Positions 40,757-55,315 of a DNA stretch of 64,000 nt are shown one piece after another. Position numbers and translations under genes: made by a program. The notes below the pieces were generated by a model, which was not told where the DNA came from, made no database searches, and was given only the letters and a program-made list of their open reading frames with translations. Position 1 is the first letter of the stretch, and every line of letters starts with the position of its first letter. Source of the DNA: an uncultured Gemmatimonadales bacterium (GTDB lineage: Bacteria > Gemmatimonadota > Gemmatimonadetes > Gemmatimonadales > GWC2-71-9); NCBI GenBank assembly GCA_963739455.1, contig CAVUAK010000001.1, positions 1,664,001 to 1,728,000 on the forward strand. Direction: 5' to 3'.

Positions 40757-42505
40757 CCGGCCAACGACTGGATCCAGGTCGCGCTCTACTTCGCCGTCCT
40801 GCTGGCGCTCGCCATTCCGCTCGGACGGTTCATGGCGCAGGTCATGTCCGGCGAGCAGCAACTGGCTCACCCGGCTCGGGCGACCGTTCGAGCGCGGGCT
40901 GTACCGGCTTGCCGGCGTCTCCGAGGACGATGAAATGACCTGGACGCGATACGCCACGGCGTTGCTCGTCTTCAGTGTCGCCTGCTTCGGCGTGGTGTAC
41001 CTGCTGCAGCGCGTGCAGGGCTTTCTGCCCGCCAATCCCGCCGGTTTCGCGGGGGTGAGTCCGGCTCTCGCCTTCAACACCGCCATCAGCTTCGCCACCA
41101 ACACCAACTGGCAGGCCTACGGTGGCGAGACCACGCATGAGCTACCTCACCCAGGCGCTGGCGCTCGGGGTGCAGAATTTCGTCTCTGCCGCCGCCGGCA
41201 TCGCCGTGGTCGTCGCCCTCATCCGCGGCTTTGCCCGCGCGGAGAAGGGCACCATCGGCAACTTCTGGGTCGACCTGACCCGCTGCACGCTCTACATCCT
41301 GCTGCCGCTCGCACTCGTCTATGCCCTGCTGCTCGTGTCACAGGGCGTGGTGCAGACGTGGCACGCCGTATCCGGTGGCCGAACTGGTCGAGCCGCTGCA
41401 CACTCCGATACCACCGTCGTGTCACCAGCAGACGATCGCGGTGGGCCCGGCGGCAAGCCAGATCGCCATCAAGCAGCTGGGCACCAACGGCGGCGGCTTC
41501 TTCAACGCCAACTCGGCGCATCCATTCGAGAACCCGACGCCGGTCTCGAACTTCCTGGAGATGCTCGCCATCCTGCTCATCCCCGCCGCGCTGTGCGAGA
41601 TGTTCGGCCGGATGGTGAAGGACCGGCGGCAGGGCTGGGTGCTGCTCGCCGCCATGACGGTCATCCTTGTGCCCCTGACGATTGCGGCCACGGCGTCGAG
41701 CAGCGGGGCACGCCGGTGCTCGCCGCCGCCGGTGTTGACCAGGCGCCGTCCGTCGCTGCAGGCGGGCGGCAACATGGAAGGGAAGGAGACCCGGTTCGGC
41801 ATCGTCAACTCGGCCATCTGGGCGTCCGCCACGACGGCCGCGTCCAACGGCTCGGTCAACGCCATGCACGACAGCTTCACGCCGCTGGGCGGCATGATCC
41901 CGATGTGGCTGATCCAGTTCGGTGAGGTGGTCTTCGGCGGCGTCGGGTCGGGCCTCTACGGCATGCTGGTGTTCGCCCTGATCGCCGTCTTCATCGCCGG
42001 GCTCATGGTGGGACGCACGCCCGAGTACCTCGGCAAGAAGATCGAGGCGTACGAGATGAAGATGGCGTCACTCGTCATCCTCATCCCGGCGATGATGATC
42101 CTGTTCGGCACCGCCGCTCGCCGTGAGCACCGGCGCTGGTCGCGCCGGCGTATTCAATCCCGGGCGCGCACGGCTTCAGTGAGGTGCTCTACGCCGTCAC
42201 CTCGGCGGTCGGCAACAACGGCAGCGCGTTCGGCGGCCTCGGGGCCAATTCCACCTTCTACAACCTGCTGCTCGGCATCTGCATGTGGATCGGCCGCTTC
42301 TGGCTTGCGATTCCCGTGCTGGCCATCGCCGGTGCCCTGGCCCGCAAGAAGCTGGTGCCCGCCGGCGCCGGCACGCTTGCCGACGCATACCCCGCTCTTC
42401 GCCGGCCTGCTGGTCGGCACGGTCCTGCTCGTCGGCGCGCTCACCTTCGTTCCCGCGCTGGCACTCGGGCCGATCGTCGAGCATCTCCAGCTCCTCGGCA
42501 GGTAA
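40753..42505 (+). CDS. kdpA: K+-transporting ATPase subunit A (multiple frameshifts)
   Basis: [79 protein letters not shown]. Confidence 0.95.
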
Positions 42506-42510
42506 TCGAT

Positions 42511-44584
<2,074 letters not shown>

Positions 44585-44594
44585 GGAGATAGCC

Positions 44595-45178
44595 ATGCTT
44601 GCGGAATTCCGTCCCGCGCTGGTGCTGCTGGGGGCCTTCACGCTGCTGACCGGCGTGGCATATCCGGCGGTCGTCACTGTCGGCGCGCGTGTCGCTCTTC
44701 CCACGGCAGGCGGAGGGCAGCCTGATTCGCGAGGGCGACCACGATCCGTGGTTCCGCGCTCATCGGCCAGCCGTTCACCGGTGCCGGCTACTTCTGGGGA
44801 CGTCCGTCGGCGACGGTGCCGGCATACAACGCCGCGGCGTCATCCGGATCGAACCTCGGCCCGACCAATCCGGCCCTGGCCCAGGCGGTGGCTGAGCGCG
44901 TGGCGGCGCTCCGCGCTGTCGATCCAGCGAATACTGCGCCGGTGCCGGTGGATCTCGTCACCGCATCGGGCAGCGGACTCGATCCGCACATCACGCCGGC
45001 GGCGGCCGCGTACCAGGTGGCGCGTGTGGCGCGCGCGCGCGGCATCTCCGGGCCGCGGTTCGCGAGCTCGTCGCTGCGCATACCGAGGACCGCACGTTCG
45101 GCCTGCTGGGAGAGCCGCGGGTCAACGTGCTGCAACTCAACCTTGCGCTGGACAGCCTGTCGCGGCGCGCGCCCCTGA
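44595..45178 (+). CDS. kdpC: K+-transporting ATPase subunit C (frameshifted; end 45178 or 45213)
   Basis: [53 protein letters not shown]. Confidence 0.93.
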
Positions 45179-45213
45179 CCTCGTCGAGTCGGCGGGCCAT
45201 TATCCTCCTGTGA

Positions 45214-47874
45214 ATGACTAACCCGCGCCGGCCCGACCCCGATGCGCTGCTTGCACTCGTCCGCGAGGAGGAGGCCCGGCAGCATCGCGGGCGCCTGAAG
45301 CTCTTCTTTGGCGCGGCGCCCGGCGTCGGAAAGACCTACACCATGCTCGAGGCCGCGCGCGCGCGTCAGGCCGAAGGGGTGGACGTCGTGGTGGGTGTGG
45401 TCGAGACCCACGGCCGGAGCGAGACGGCACGCCTGACCGAGGGGCTCGCGATCCTTCCTCGGCAGGCTATCGACTACAAGGGCAGTCTCCTGCAGGAGTT
45501 TGATCTCGACGGCGCGCTCGAACGGAAGCCGGCGCTCATCCTCATCGATGAGCTGGCGCACACCAACGCGCCAGGCTGCCGGCACGGCAAGCGCTGGCAG
45601 GACGTGCTCGAGCTGCTGGACAGCGGCATCGACGTCTACACCACGCTCAATGTGCAGCACGTCGAGAGCCTCAATGACGTGGTGGCGCAGATCACCGGCG
45701 TCACCGTGCGCGAGACGGTACCGGACGCCGTGCTCGAGCGTGCAGACGAAATCGAGCTGGTCGACGTCTCCCCCGACGTGCTGCTGCAGCGCCTCCGCGA
45801 GGGCCGCGTCTATCTGCCCGACCAGGCGAGCAGGGCGCTCGAGCGCTTCTTCCGCGAAGGAAACCTCATCGCGCTGCGCGAGCTCGCGCTGCGGCAGACC
45901 GCCCACCGCGTAGATGCCCAGATGCGCGGGTACATGCGGAGCCAGGGCATCCGTGACACTTGGGCTGCCAGCGACCGCCTCGCCGTCTGCATCGGTGCCG
46001 ACCCCGCGGCACTCAAGCTCGTCCGCGCCGCGCGGCGCATGGCGGAGCGGCTGCAGGCACCGTGGACCGCCGTTTTCGTCGAGGTGCCGGGGCAGGTGGG
46101 CGAGGACGCCCGCGACGCCGTGATCCGCGCCTTTCGCCTTGCGGAGGAGCTCGGTGGCGAGACGGTAACGCTGAGCGGGGCCGGCGTCGCCGATGAAATC
46201 CTGGTCTGGGCCCGGGAGCGCAATGTCACCCGGCTCATCATGGGGAAGCCGCAGCGAGAGGGTCTTCGCGCTCGCCTGCGCGGTTCCCTGCTGGATGCAC
46301 TCGTTGCCGGAAGCGGCAGCATCGACGTCTTCGTGATTAGCGGCGAAGCCGATGACGCACCCTCGCCGGAACCAGTTCGGCGACCGCCCCCGTTGGCCCA
46401 GTATCTGTGGGCGGCGGGCGTTGTGGCAGTCGCCACGGCGATCGGTCTCGCCCTGCGGTCGGTGCTCAGCACCACCGACATGGCGATGCTGTACCTGCTT
46501 GCCGCGGTGATCGTGGGATCGCGCGCGCGCCAGCGCCCGGCACTGCTCGCCTCGGTCCTCAGCATCGCGCTCTTCGACTTCTGCTTCGTGCCGCCCTACT
46601 ACACCTTTGCCGTACACGACATCACGTACATCCTGACGTTCGGGATGATGCTGACCATAGCAATCATCATGAGCCGCCTCACCGGGCGCATCCGCGAGCA
46701 GGCCGATGCCTCGCGCGCCCGTGAGCAGCGTACCGCCAGTGCCTACGCCCTGAGCCGGGAGATGGCCGCAGCCCGCGAGCCGCCTGAGATCGCAGCCGCT
46801 GCTACGCGGCACATCGAGGACGCATTCGCCGGCCGTGTCGCCTTCCTGCTCGCCGGTGCGGACGGGGCGCTTGCGACCGATGATGGCGTGGCGCGGTGGA
46901 CCTTCGAGCATGGCCAGATCGCCGGGCTCGGCACCAGTACCCTGCCGGCGTCTCCGGCGCTGTATCTCCCGCTGCAGGCGTCGGATCGGGTGTTCGGCGT
47001 CGTCCGGGTCGAGCCACGCGAGGCCCTGGATGTGGCAGATCCGGAGCAGCGGCAACAGCTCGAGTCGTTCGTGCGGCAGGCGGCGGTGGCGCTCGAGCGC
47101 GCCGCACTCGCCGAGCGGAACCAGGCGAGTCGCATGGAAGTCGAGGCGGAGCGCCTTCGCACCAGCCTGCTGAGCTCACTGTCGCACGACCTTCGGACGC
47201 CCCTCGGCAGCATCGAGGGCGCGGCCAGCAGTCTCCTCGATGCCGGAGCTACACTGTCGCCCGATACACGCCGTGAACTTGCCGAGACGATCCTCGATGA
47301 ATCACGGCGCATGACCCGGCTGGTGGCGAACCTGCTCGACATGATCCGGGTGGAGAGCGGGTCCCTCGCGGTGCAGAAACAGTGGGTGCCGCTCGAGGAG
47401 GTCATCGGTGTAGCGCTCATCCGCCTCGACGCGCGGCTCAGTGATCATCCGGTCACGACCACGCTGCCGCCCGACCTCCCCCTCGTGTGCGTCGATGATA
47501 TCCTGCTCGAGCAGGTCTTCATCAACCTGCTGGAGAATGCCGCCAAGTACACGCCGCCCGGTAGCGCTATCGAGATCTCGGCGACGGCGCGAGACGGTGA
47601 GGTAACGGTGAGCGTTGCCGACCGTGGCCCCGGTATTCCCTCCGGCGACGAGCAGCGAATCTTCGAGAAGTTCTATCGCGCATCGCAGGGCGATGCCGTG
47701 GGCGGCGTGGGACTCGGGCTCACCATCTGCCGCGGAATCATCCAGGCGCACGGCGGTCGCATCTGGGCTGAGCGGCGCGCCGGCGGTGGTGCCGTGCTGC
47801 GCTTCACGCTGCCTCCCGATGGCGCACCACAGGAATCGTCCGACCTGGACCTGGTCGAGGAGGGAGCCGGGTGA
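45214..47874 (+). CDS. kdpD: Sensor histidine kinase KdpD
   Basis: RPDPDALL, GAAPGVGKTY, DELAHTN, Usp domain, four TM helices, SHDLRTPL. Confidence 0.97.
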   Translation: MTNPRRPDPDALLALVREEEARQHRGRLKLFFGAAPGVGKTYTMLEAARARQAEGVDVVVGVVETHGRSETARLTEGLAILPRQAIDYKGSLLQEFDLDGALERKPALILIDELAHTNAPGCRHGKRWQDVLELLDSGIDVYTTLNVQHVESLNDVVAQITGVTVRETVPDAVLERADEIELVDVSPDVLLQRLREGRVYLPDQASRALERFFREGNLIALRELALRQTAHRVDAQMRGYMRSQGIRDTWAASDRLAVCIGADPAALKLVRAARRMAERLQAPWTAVFVEVPGQVGEDARDAVIRAFRLAEELGGETVTLSGAGVADEILVWARERNVTRLIMGKPQREGLRARLRGSLLDALVAGSGSIDVFVISGEADDAPSPEPVRRPPPLAQYLWAAGVVAVATAIGLALRSVLSTTDMAMLYLLAAVIVGSRARQRPALLASVLSIALFDFCFVPPYYTFAVHDITYILTFGMMLTIAIIMSRLTGRIREQADASRAREQRTASAYALSREMAAAREPPEIAAAATRHIEDAFAGRVAFLLAGADGALATDDGVARWTFEHGQIAGLGTSTLPASPALYLPLQASDRVFGVVRVEPREALDVADPEQRQQLESFVRQAAVALERAALAERNQASRMEVEAERLRTSLLSSLSHDLRTPLGSIEGAASSLLDAGATLSPDTRRELAETILDESRRMTRLVANLLDMIRVESGSLAVQKQWVPLEEVIGVALIRLDARLSDHPVTTTLPPDLPLVCVDDILLEQVFINLLENAAKYTPPGSAIEISATARDGEVTVSVADRGPGIPSGDEQRIFEKFYRASQGDAVGGVGLGLTICRGIIQAHGGRIWAERRAGGGAVLRFTLPPDGAPQESSDLDLVEEGAG

Positions 47875-48560
47875 CCGACGGTCCGCTGGTCCTGCTCATC
47901 GAGGATGAGCCGGCGATGCGCCGGTTTCTCCGCGCCGCGCTCGGCACCCACGACTTCCGCCTGGTCGAGGCGGGGACCATGCGCGAGGGGATGGCCCAGG
48001 CGGCCGGTCGCAATCCCGACCTGATCCTGCTCGACCTGGGCCTCCCTGACGGTGACGGGCTCGATGCCACCCGGCAGCTGCGCGAGTGGACGACGACCCC
48101 GATCATCGTGCTCTCGGCGCGCGGGCAGGAGCAGGACAAGGTTGCGGCACTCGATGCCGGCGCCGACGACTATCTCACCAAGCCGTTCAGTGTGGGGGAG
48201 CTGCTGGCCCGCATGCGCGTCGCCCTTCGGCACCGCGCGACTGGCGGCGAAGTGCCCCAGCTCTTCGAGGTCGGTGCGCTCAGGGTTGACCTGGGGCGCC
48301 GCACGGTGACGGTCGCGGAGAACGACGTGCACCTTACCCCGACCGAGTACAAGCTCCTGGCGGTACTGGTGAAGCACGCCGGAAAGGTGCTTACCCACCG
48401 GCAGATCCTGCTCGAGGTGTGGGGCTCGCACAACGCCACCCAGACACAGGCGCTGCGGGTCTACGTCACGCAGCTCAGGCACAAGATCGAGCGGGACCCC
48501 GCGCGCCCCCGGATGCTGATCACCGAGCCCGGAGTGGGATATCGACTGAAGGACGCCTGA
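47871..48560 (+). CDS. kdpE: Response regulator KdpE
   Basis: LDLGLPDGDG, GADDYLTKPF, HLTPTEY, LRVYVTQLRHKIE.DP, TEPGVGYRL. Confidence 0.97.
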   Translation: MTDGPLVLLIEDEPAMRRFLRAALGTHDFRLVEAGTMREGMAQAAGRNPDLILLDLGLPDGDGLDATRQLREWTTTPIIVLSARGQEQDKVAALDAGADDYLTKPFSVGELLARMRVALRHRATGGEVPQLFEVGALRVDLGRRTVTVAENDVHLTPTEYKLLAVLVKHAGKVLTHRQILLEVWGSHNATQTQALRVYVTQLRHKIERDPARPRMLITEPGVGYRLKDA

Positions 48561-48626
48561 GGCCTTGCTCCGCTGGCCACCTGCCCATTTGCTTCCTGTC
48601 CCCTGATCCCTGGTGAGCACCGGCCA

Positions 48627-49648
<1,022 letters not shown>

Positions 49649-49652
<4 letters not shown>

Positions 49653-50521
49653 TCACTGACGAGATCGCCGAAGAGGTGCGGCGACTCGAACTCGCGACGC
49701 GCCGGCTGGTGCGCGACCTCTCGGCTGGCGACTATGCCAGTGCATTCCGCGGGCGCGGCATCGAGTTCCAGGATGTGCGGGAGTACCAGCCCGGTGACGA
49801 CGTCCGCACCATCGACTGGCGGGTGACGGCGCGACTCGGCGTCACCTACCTGCGCCGCCATCACGAGGAGCGGGAGCTCACCATGCTCCTCCTCGTGGAC
49901 GAGAGCGCGTCGGCGCAGGTGGGCAGCCGGCGCCGTACCCGCTCGGAGCTGGCAGCCCAGGTAGCAGCAGTGCTGGCACTCACTGCGGCGCACGCCAACG
50001 ATCGCGTGGGCGCCGCGTTCTTCAGCGATGGGCTCGGCCGCATGGTGCCGCCCAAGAAGGGGCGGCGCCACGCCCTTCGGGTGCTCGGTGAGCTCCTCGC
50101 AGCGCGCGCCATCGGCTCCACCACCGATCTCGCTGCCGCCCTCGACTCGCTCGAACCGCTGCTGCCGCGTCGTGTCGTGCTTGTCATTCTCTCCGATTTC
50201 TACACCTCGGGCTACCAGCTGCCATTGACGCGCCTGGCGCGGAAGCACGAGGTCATCTGCATGCAGCTGCGCGACTCCATCGAGCAGGCGCTGCCTGCCG
50301 TCGGACTCCTCCGGCTGCGCGATCCCGAGAGTGGCGCGCTGGTCACCGTAGACGCGTCCAGCGCTGCCGTGCGCGACTGGGTTGCGGAGCGGCGCGGACG
50401 GTTCGAGGAGACGCTCGCCCACGACATCTACGCGAGTGGCGCGGAACTCGTTCGCCTCGATGCCTCCGGTGATTTCGCCGAGCCGCTGGTGGCGTTCTTC
50501 CGTCGTCGCGCCCGCCGCTGA
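49649..50521 (+). CDS. DUF58 domain protein
   Basis: FRGRGIEFQDVREYQPGDDVRTIDW.VTAR, EERE, ILSDF. Confidence 0.95.
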
Positions 50522-50529
50522 ACCTTCCA

Positions 50530-51444
50530 ATGCGCCACACGCTTCTCGCCCTGCTGGCCCTGGCCCTTTCGGCCACCCGCGCGCACGCCCAGCACTTCGA
50601 TCTCGAGCTCAACCGTGACAGCGTCAGGCTGGGCGAGGTCGTGGAGTTGCATGCCCGGATTCACATCGGTCCGCAGCAGACCCTCGCGAGCCCCATTCCC
50701 GTGGTGGCGGAAGGCCTCCCCGACGGCGGCCGCGTGGTCGGGGTCGACACCTTGCGACACCAGCAGGACCGAACGCTGCTCCTGGGCACCGTGCGCATGG
50801 CGTTCCTGCGCACCGGCCGGCTGCGCATCCCGCCGCTGCGCGTCATCGTCAAGGCCACGCCCGATGATCGCGGCTTCATGCTCGAGAGCGAGCCGCTCTA
50901 TATCGATGTGGTGCCCTCGCTGCCCGCTGGAAACCCGACGCTGAAGGACATCCGGGACCAGTTGCCGGAGCAGAAGGTTGATCCCTTGATGGTCGCGGCG
51001 GGGATCGCGGCGCTCGCCGCCCTGGCGTGGCTGGTTCGACGGCAGCTCGCGCGCCGTCCCGTGGTGGCCCCGGTGGCCGCTCCTGTTGCCGGGGCGGTAA
51101 CGCCAGCCGATATCGCACGCGCCGCGCTCAGTCGCATCGAGTCGGAGGGATGGGCGGAGCGGGGCGACATGGCCCGCCACTACGAGGCGATCGCGGCGGT
51201 GATGCGTCAGTACCTCGAGTCCATCGATCCCCGGGTGCATGCGGCGCAGACGTCGACCGAGCTGCTGAAGGTGCTCGCTGCACGTCGCTCCAATGGCACC
51301 TGGCACGGCACTGCACAGGTGTTCGGCGACGCGGACCTGGTCAAGTTTGCCGGCGTCTCGCCCGATACGAAGACGGCGCGCGCCTACGTGGCGGGTGCGC
51401 GAAGGGTCATTGATGCGTGGGCGTCCCCCGGGGAGCCGGGCTGA
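50530..51444 (+). CDS. Bat-operon membrane protein (Ig-like + TM + helical domain)
   Basis: Signal peptide, LKDIRD, single TM helix, MRQYLE...QTSTE, ADLVKFA. Confidence 0.75.
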   Translation: MRHTLLALLALALSATRAHAQHFDLELNRDSVRLGEVVELHARIHIGPQQTLASPIPVVAEGLPDGGRVVGVDTLRHQQDRTLLLGTVRMAFLRTGRLRIPPLRVIVKATPDDRGFMLESEPLYIDVVPSLPAGNPTLKDIRDQLPEQKVDPLMVAAGIAALAALAWLVRRQLARRPVVAPVAAPVAGAVTPADIARAALSRIESEGWAERGDMARHYEAIAAVMRQYLESIDPRVHAAQTSTELLKVLAARRSNGTWHGTAQVFGDADLVKFAGVSPDTKTARAYVAGARRVIDAWASPGEPG

Positions 51445-52434
51445 TGCGCTTCGCCACCCCCTGGTTCCTCGTCCTGCTGCTCGTGCCGGTCATTCGCCTC
51501 TGGCTGCGACGCCGGAATGACCGCCGCCGAGACGGGGCGGTTGCCTGGGTGTCAGCCGGTGTGCTTGAGGGGCTGCCTCGTACGGTGCGCGCCCGCATGG
51601 CAAGGCTTCCGCGCTGGCTCGAGTTCGCCGGCGCGACCCTGCTGGTGCTGGCACTCGCCCGGCCCCAGCTGGATGCAGGCAAGGAGCAGATCAGGCTGCG
51701 CTCCCGGAACATCATCGTGGCACTCGACATCTCGAGCAGCATGAAGGCGACCGACTTCCAGCCGGGCAATCGCCTCATGGTGGCGCGCTCCACCCTTCGC
51801 GACTTCGTGGCCCGGCGCGAGGGCGACCTCGTGGGCCTCGTGATCTTCTCCGGCAAGGCGTTCCTGCAGGCACCGCTCACCGCCGACATGACGCTGATCG
51901 GGCGGATGCTCGACCTCACCGACATCGGCCAGTTGCCTGACGGCACTGCCATCGGCACGGCCCTCGCCGTGAGCATCAATCAGCTCAAGAAGCTGCCGGC
52001 GGCATCGAGCACCATCGTGCTCATCACCGATGGGGCCAACAACACCGGTTCACCGACGCTTGCCACAGGCCACCGAGATGGCACGTGCGCTTGGCATCCG
52101 GGTGCATGCGATCGGCCTCACCTCCGCCGACACGACGCAATACGACCTGAACGGCGTCTGGAGCGTGCGCACCCGCGCCGCAAAGCTCTCCAAGCGCGAT
52201 GAAGAGACCCTGCGTCGTGTGGCCGATCGTACCGGTGGCACCTTTGCCCGGGCCACCGATCCTGCCGCACTCGACAGCGTCATGCGCGCCATCGATCCGC
52301 TCGAGCGCACTGAGGTGCCCATCCGTGAAGTGCGGGATCACCGCGAGCTCTTTCCGGTCATCCTCTTCTTCGGGCTCCTCCTGCTTGGGCTGCAGGCGGT
52401 CCTCAGTGCCACCTGGCTCCGGACGGTGCCATGA
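51444..52434 (+). CDS. batA: VWA domain protein, BatA-like (frameshift ~52060)
   Basis: FATPWFL, LALARPQ, DISSSM MIDAS, APLTAD, GTAIG, LITDG, ADRTGG. Confidence 0.88.
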
Positions 52435-54140
52435 TCTTCGCCGTCCCTGCGGTGCTCATCCTGCTCGTGGCGCTGCCGTTCGTGGCGACGTGGCTCATTC
52501 GGCACGCACAGGCCGCTCGTGCCGCCGCGCTCGCGTCGCTCGGCGATCCCGCTGTCCTGGGCAGGACCGGCCTGCGCATCGACCCCGGTTCACGCCGCCT
52601 CCGCGCCCTGCTGCGCACGGCGGCGCTGGCCGCGGGCCTGGTGGCGCTCGCCCGGCCACAGGGTGGCGAGTACGACACGCGCTCCAACCGCTCAGGCCGC
52701 GACCTGCTGATCGCACTCGACCTTTCCCGCTCGATGCTGGTTCAGGACGCTGGTGGAAACCGTCTCGATCGTGCCAAGGCACTGGCGAAGGATCTCGCCA
52801 ACGAGCTCCCGGGCGATCGCGTGGGCCTGGTCATCTTCGGCGGCGCGGCGTTCCTGCAGCTGCCGATGACCAACGATCATGCCGTCTTCGATCGCTTCCT
52901 GGACGCCGCGTCCACCAACGCCATCGACGATCCGAGCACCGACCTCTCGGCAGCTCTTGAGGTAAGCCGGACGGTGTTTGAGCACGAGGGCGGCGACGGG
53001 CATCGCGCGATCGTGCTCCTGACCGACGGCGAGCGGAGCGAGGGCAACCTTGACGGACCGCTCCAGAAGCTTGGCGAGGCGCACGTACCCGTCTTCGCCT
53101 ACGGCATTGGAACGGCGCAGGGCGGCTTCGTGCCCGCCGACCCCGACATGGCCAGCGATTCCGCCAGTCGATGGCATCGCGACAACATCGGCCGGCCGGC
53201 AGAGTCCCGCCTCGACGAAAAGACGCTTCGCCGCATCACGGAAACGTCCGGTGGCGCCTATGCCCGCTGGGATGATCGCGCTGCCCGGCAGGACATGGTC
53301 GCGGCAATCCGGAAAGTCGCCGAGCGACCACTCGGTACCCAGCGGGTGCCGCAGCACGTCGAATTGTTCCAGTGGCCCCTGGCCCTGGCCGTGCTGTTCC
53401 TGGTGCTCGAGCTGCTCGTCGCCGTGACATGGAGCCGTCGTGCTGCCCCTGCGCTGGTGACGGTGCTCCTTCTCATGATGGTGGGCTGCGGCGGCGAGGC
53501 GGGACCCTTCCGGCGGGCCGTGCGCCTGTACCACAAGAGCCGGTATCCCGAGTCATTCGCGCTCTACCAGGGGTTGGCGCAGTCGAAGAATCCGCTGGTA
53601 CAGCTTGGTGCCGGTAATGCCGGCTATCGCGTCAGCCGGTATGAGGACGCGGCGGTAAGCTTCCAGGCCGCGGTCGCTGCGGCATCGCCCGAGACCCGGG
53701 TGGTGGCGCAGTACAATCTTGGCAACGCCTGGTTCCGCGCTGCACAGGCGTCCAAGGAGCGAGCCGCCGATTTCTACGATCGGGCAATTGCCGCGTACGA
53801 GGAGGTGCTCCTTGCAACGCCCGGGGACGAGAATGCCCGCTGGAACCTGGAACTGGCCCTCCGGAAGCGCGACGAGGTGGAGAGTTCCGGCTCGCCTGGC
53901 CGCGGTGGCCGCGCGCTGGCGGGGCAGAGCAGTGGTTCCCAGGAAGGCCTGAACGGCGAGCGGGAGCAGGCGATCGGCGCCATGGCTGGCGGCGGGTCGG
54001 GCGATGCAGCGGGTGAATCAGCCGAGGAGCTGAGCGAGGAGGAAGCGCGCAAGCTGCTCGAGTCGGTGGAGCGCCAGCAACTGTCGGAGCATGAAGGCCG
54101 GCGGCCCAAGGGGAACGGGGGTGACGGCCGGGACTGGTAG
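52431..54140 (+). CDS. VWA + TPR protein (BatB-BatC-like fusion)
   Basis: ALARPQ, DLSRSM, LLTDGE, SRLDEKTL, FQWPL, YNLGNA, ARWNLELA, terminal DW. Confidence 0.88.
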   Translation: MIFAVPAVLILLVALPFVATWLIRHAQAARAAALASLGDPAVLGRTGLRIDPGSRRLRALLRTAALAAGLVALARPQGGEYDTRSNRSGRDLLIALDLSRSMLVQDAGGNRLDRAKALAKDLANELPGDRVGLVIFGGAAFLQLPMTNDHAVFDRFLDAASTNAIDDPSTDLSAALEVSRTVFEHEGGDGHRAIVLLTDGERSEGNLDGPLQKLGEAHVPVFAYGIGTAQGGFVPADPDMASDSASRWHRDNIGRPAESRLDEKTLRRITETSGGAYARWDDRAARQDMVAAIRKVAERPLGTQRVPQHVELFQWPLALAVLFLVLELLVAVTWSRRAAPALVTVLLLMMVGCGGEAGPFRRAVRLYHKSRYPESFALYQGLAQSKNPLVQLGAGNAGYRVSRYEDAAVSFQAAVAAASPETRVVAQYNLGNAWFRAAQASKERAADFYDRAIAAYEEVLLATPGDENARWNLELALRKRDEVESSGSPGRGGRALAGQSSGSQEGLNGEREQAIGAMAGGGSGDAAGESAEELSEEEARKLLESVERQQLSEHEGRRPKGNGGDGRDW

Positions 54141-54302
54141 CCTGGGCGGACAGCTTGTCCCCGTCCTGCGTGCCACTCGCCACGACTGACCCAACGTGCC
54201 CGCGTCAGGTGTCACATTCACTCCCGCAACCGGCAACACCCGGCCACCCGTAACGACCTGCGGTACCAACGCTTAAACCACCTGGAGATCCTGTCGCTCA
54301 AC

Positions 54303-54319
54303 GCGGCGCGATCGATGCA
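54303..54319 (+). promoter_or_regulatory. Possible sigma54 promoter
   Basis: CGGCGCG-ATCG-ATGCA: GG(54305-6)-N10-GC(54317-8), ~36 nt before ATG 54355. Confidence 0.4.
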
Positions 54320-54354
54320 TTGTGTTGGGCTCGTTACCTGTTGGAGTCCCACGA

Positions 54355-55287
54355 ATGATGCTGCACGATCCCACAAACCCGAGCTCAGTCCGTCGCGCCC
54401 CATGGCGACGCCTTCGCGCGTGGCTGCTTGCCGGCGTGGCGCTGCTGGTAGTCGAGGCGAGCCATCCGGCCTGGGGCGACAGTACCGCGTGGGTTGGTAT
54501 CGAGTGGCTGGCAAGCGGCGATGTGCCGGCGAGTGCCTACGATCCCGCCACGACCGCCCTCCTCGCAGACATCCAGCGAAGTTCCTGGGCCTTTATCGCC
54601 CGCCGGGCGCTGGGACTGGTCGATTCCATTCCCGTCGTACCACTGCCGCGCGAGCTTGTGGACCCGCTGACCCTGGGGGTGTACGCCGCACCGCACGACA
54701 TGGTGTACCTGCGCACCTCCCGGCACACCCCACGTATCGATGCCACGAGCGACGCCATCGACGGCGTGCCGATCGGCACTTTCCAGGTCTACGTGCATGA
54801 GCTGGTGCACGCGAGTCAGGCGCGCGATCCGGAGGTGTGGCGGGCACTGTTCCGCGGGGTGCCGCGGCAGAAGGACCTTCGCCGCTACGGCGCGCTCAAC
54901 CCCCTCGAACAGCAGGCCGATGCCGCGAGCTGGGCGCTCACGACGCTGGTGCTCGAGCGCAAGCATGAATGGGTCCGTCACCCGGTGACTGAGGTGAGCC
55001 AGGAAATGCCCGGCGTAAAGCGCATGCTGGGGATCTTCCTGCGGCACCCGGTCTTCACCAACCAGCTCGACAGCCTGGGTCGCTGGCGCGCCGACTCGAC
55101 GGTGGTGCCAGGGGACTCGGTGCTGGCTGACCGGCTCTTCCTGCCGGTGTCGAACAACGCCTGGTCGCGCGCGCTCGCCGTGTTCGGTCTGCAGCAGGAA
55201 GATCCCCGCTGGTGGCGCTGGATGCAGGTCGTTGGGCAGATTCCTGCGGCCAGCCCCGACACAACGGGGCCAGCTCCAGCCGAGTAG
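54355..55287 (+). CDS. Hypothetical membrane-anchored/secreted zincin-like metallopeptidase
   Basis: Hydrophobic N-segment; LGVY...MVYL, YVHELVHASQ (HExxH) and downstream YGALNPLEQQAD. Confidence 0.6.
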   Translation: MMLHDPTNPSSVRRAPWRRLRAWLLAGVALLVVEASHPAWGDSTAWVGIEWLASGDVPASAYDPATTALLADIQRSSWAFIARRALGLVDSIPVVPLPRELVDPLTLGVYAAPHDMVYLRTSRHTPRIDATSDAIDGVPIGTFQVYVHELVHASQARDPEVWRALFRGVPRQKDLRRYGALNPLEQQADAASWALTTLVLERKHEWVRHPVTEVSQEMPGVKRMLGIFLRHPVFTNQLDSLGRWRADSTVVPGDSVLADRLFLPVSNNAWSRALAVFGLQQEDPRWWRWMQVVGQIPAASPDTTGPAPAE

Positions 55288-55315
55288 GTACCCGCCCTCC
55301 CCGCCCTCCCCGCCC

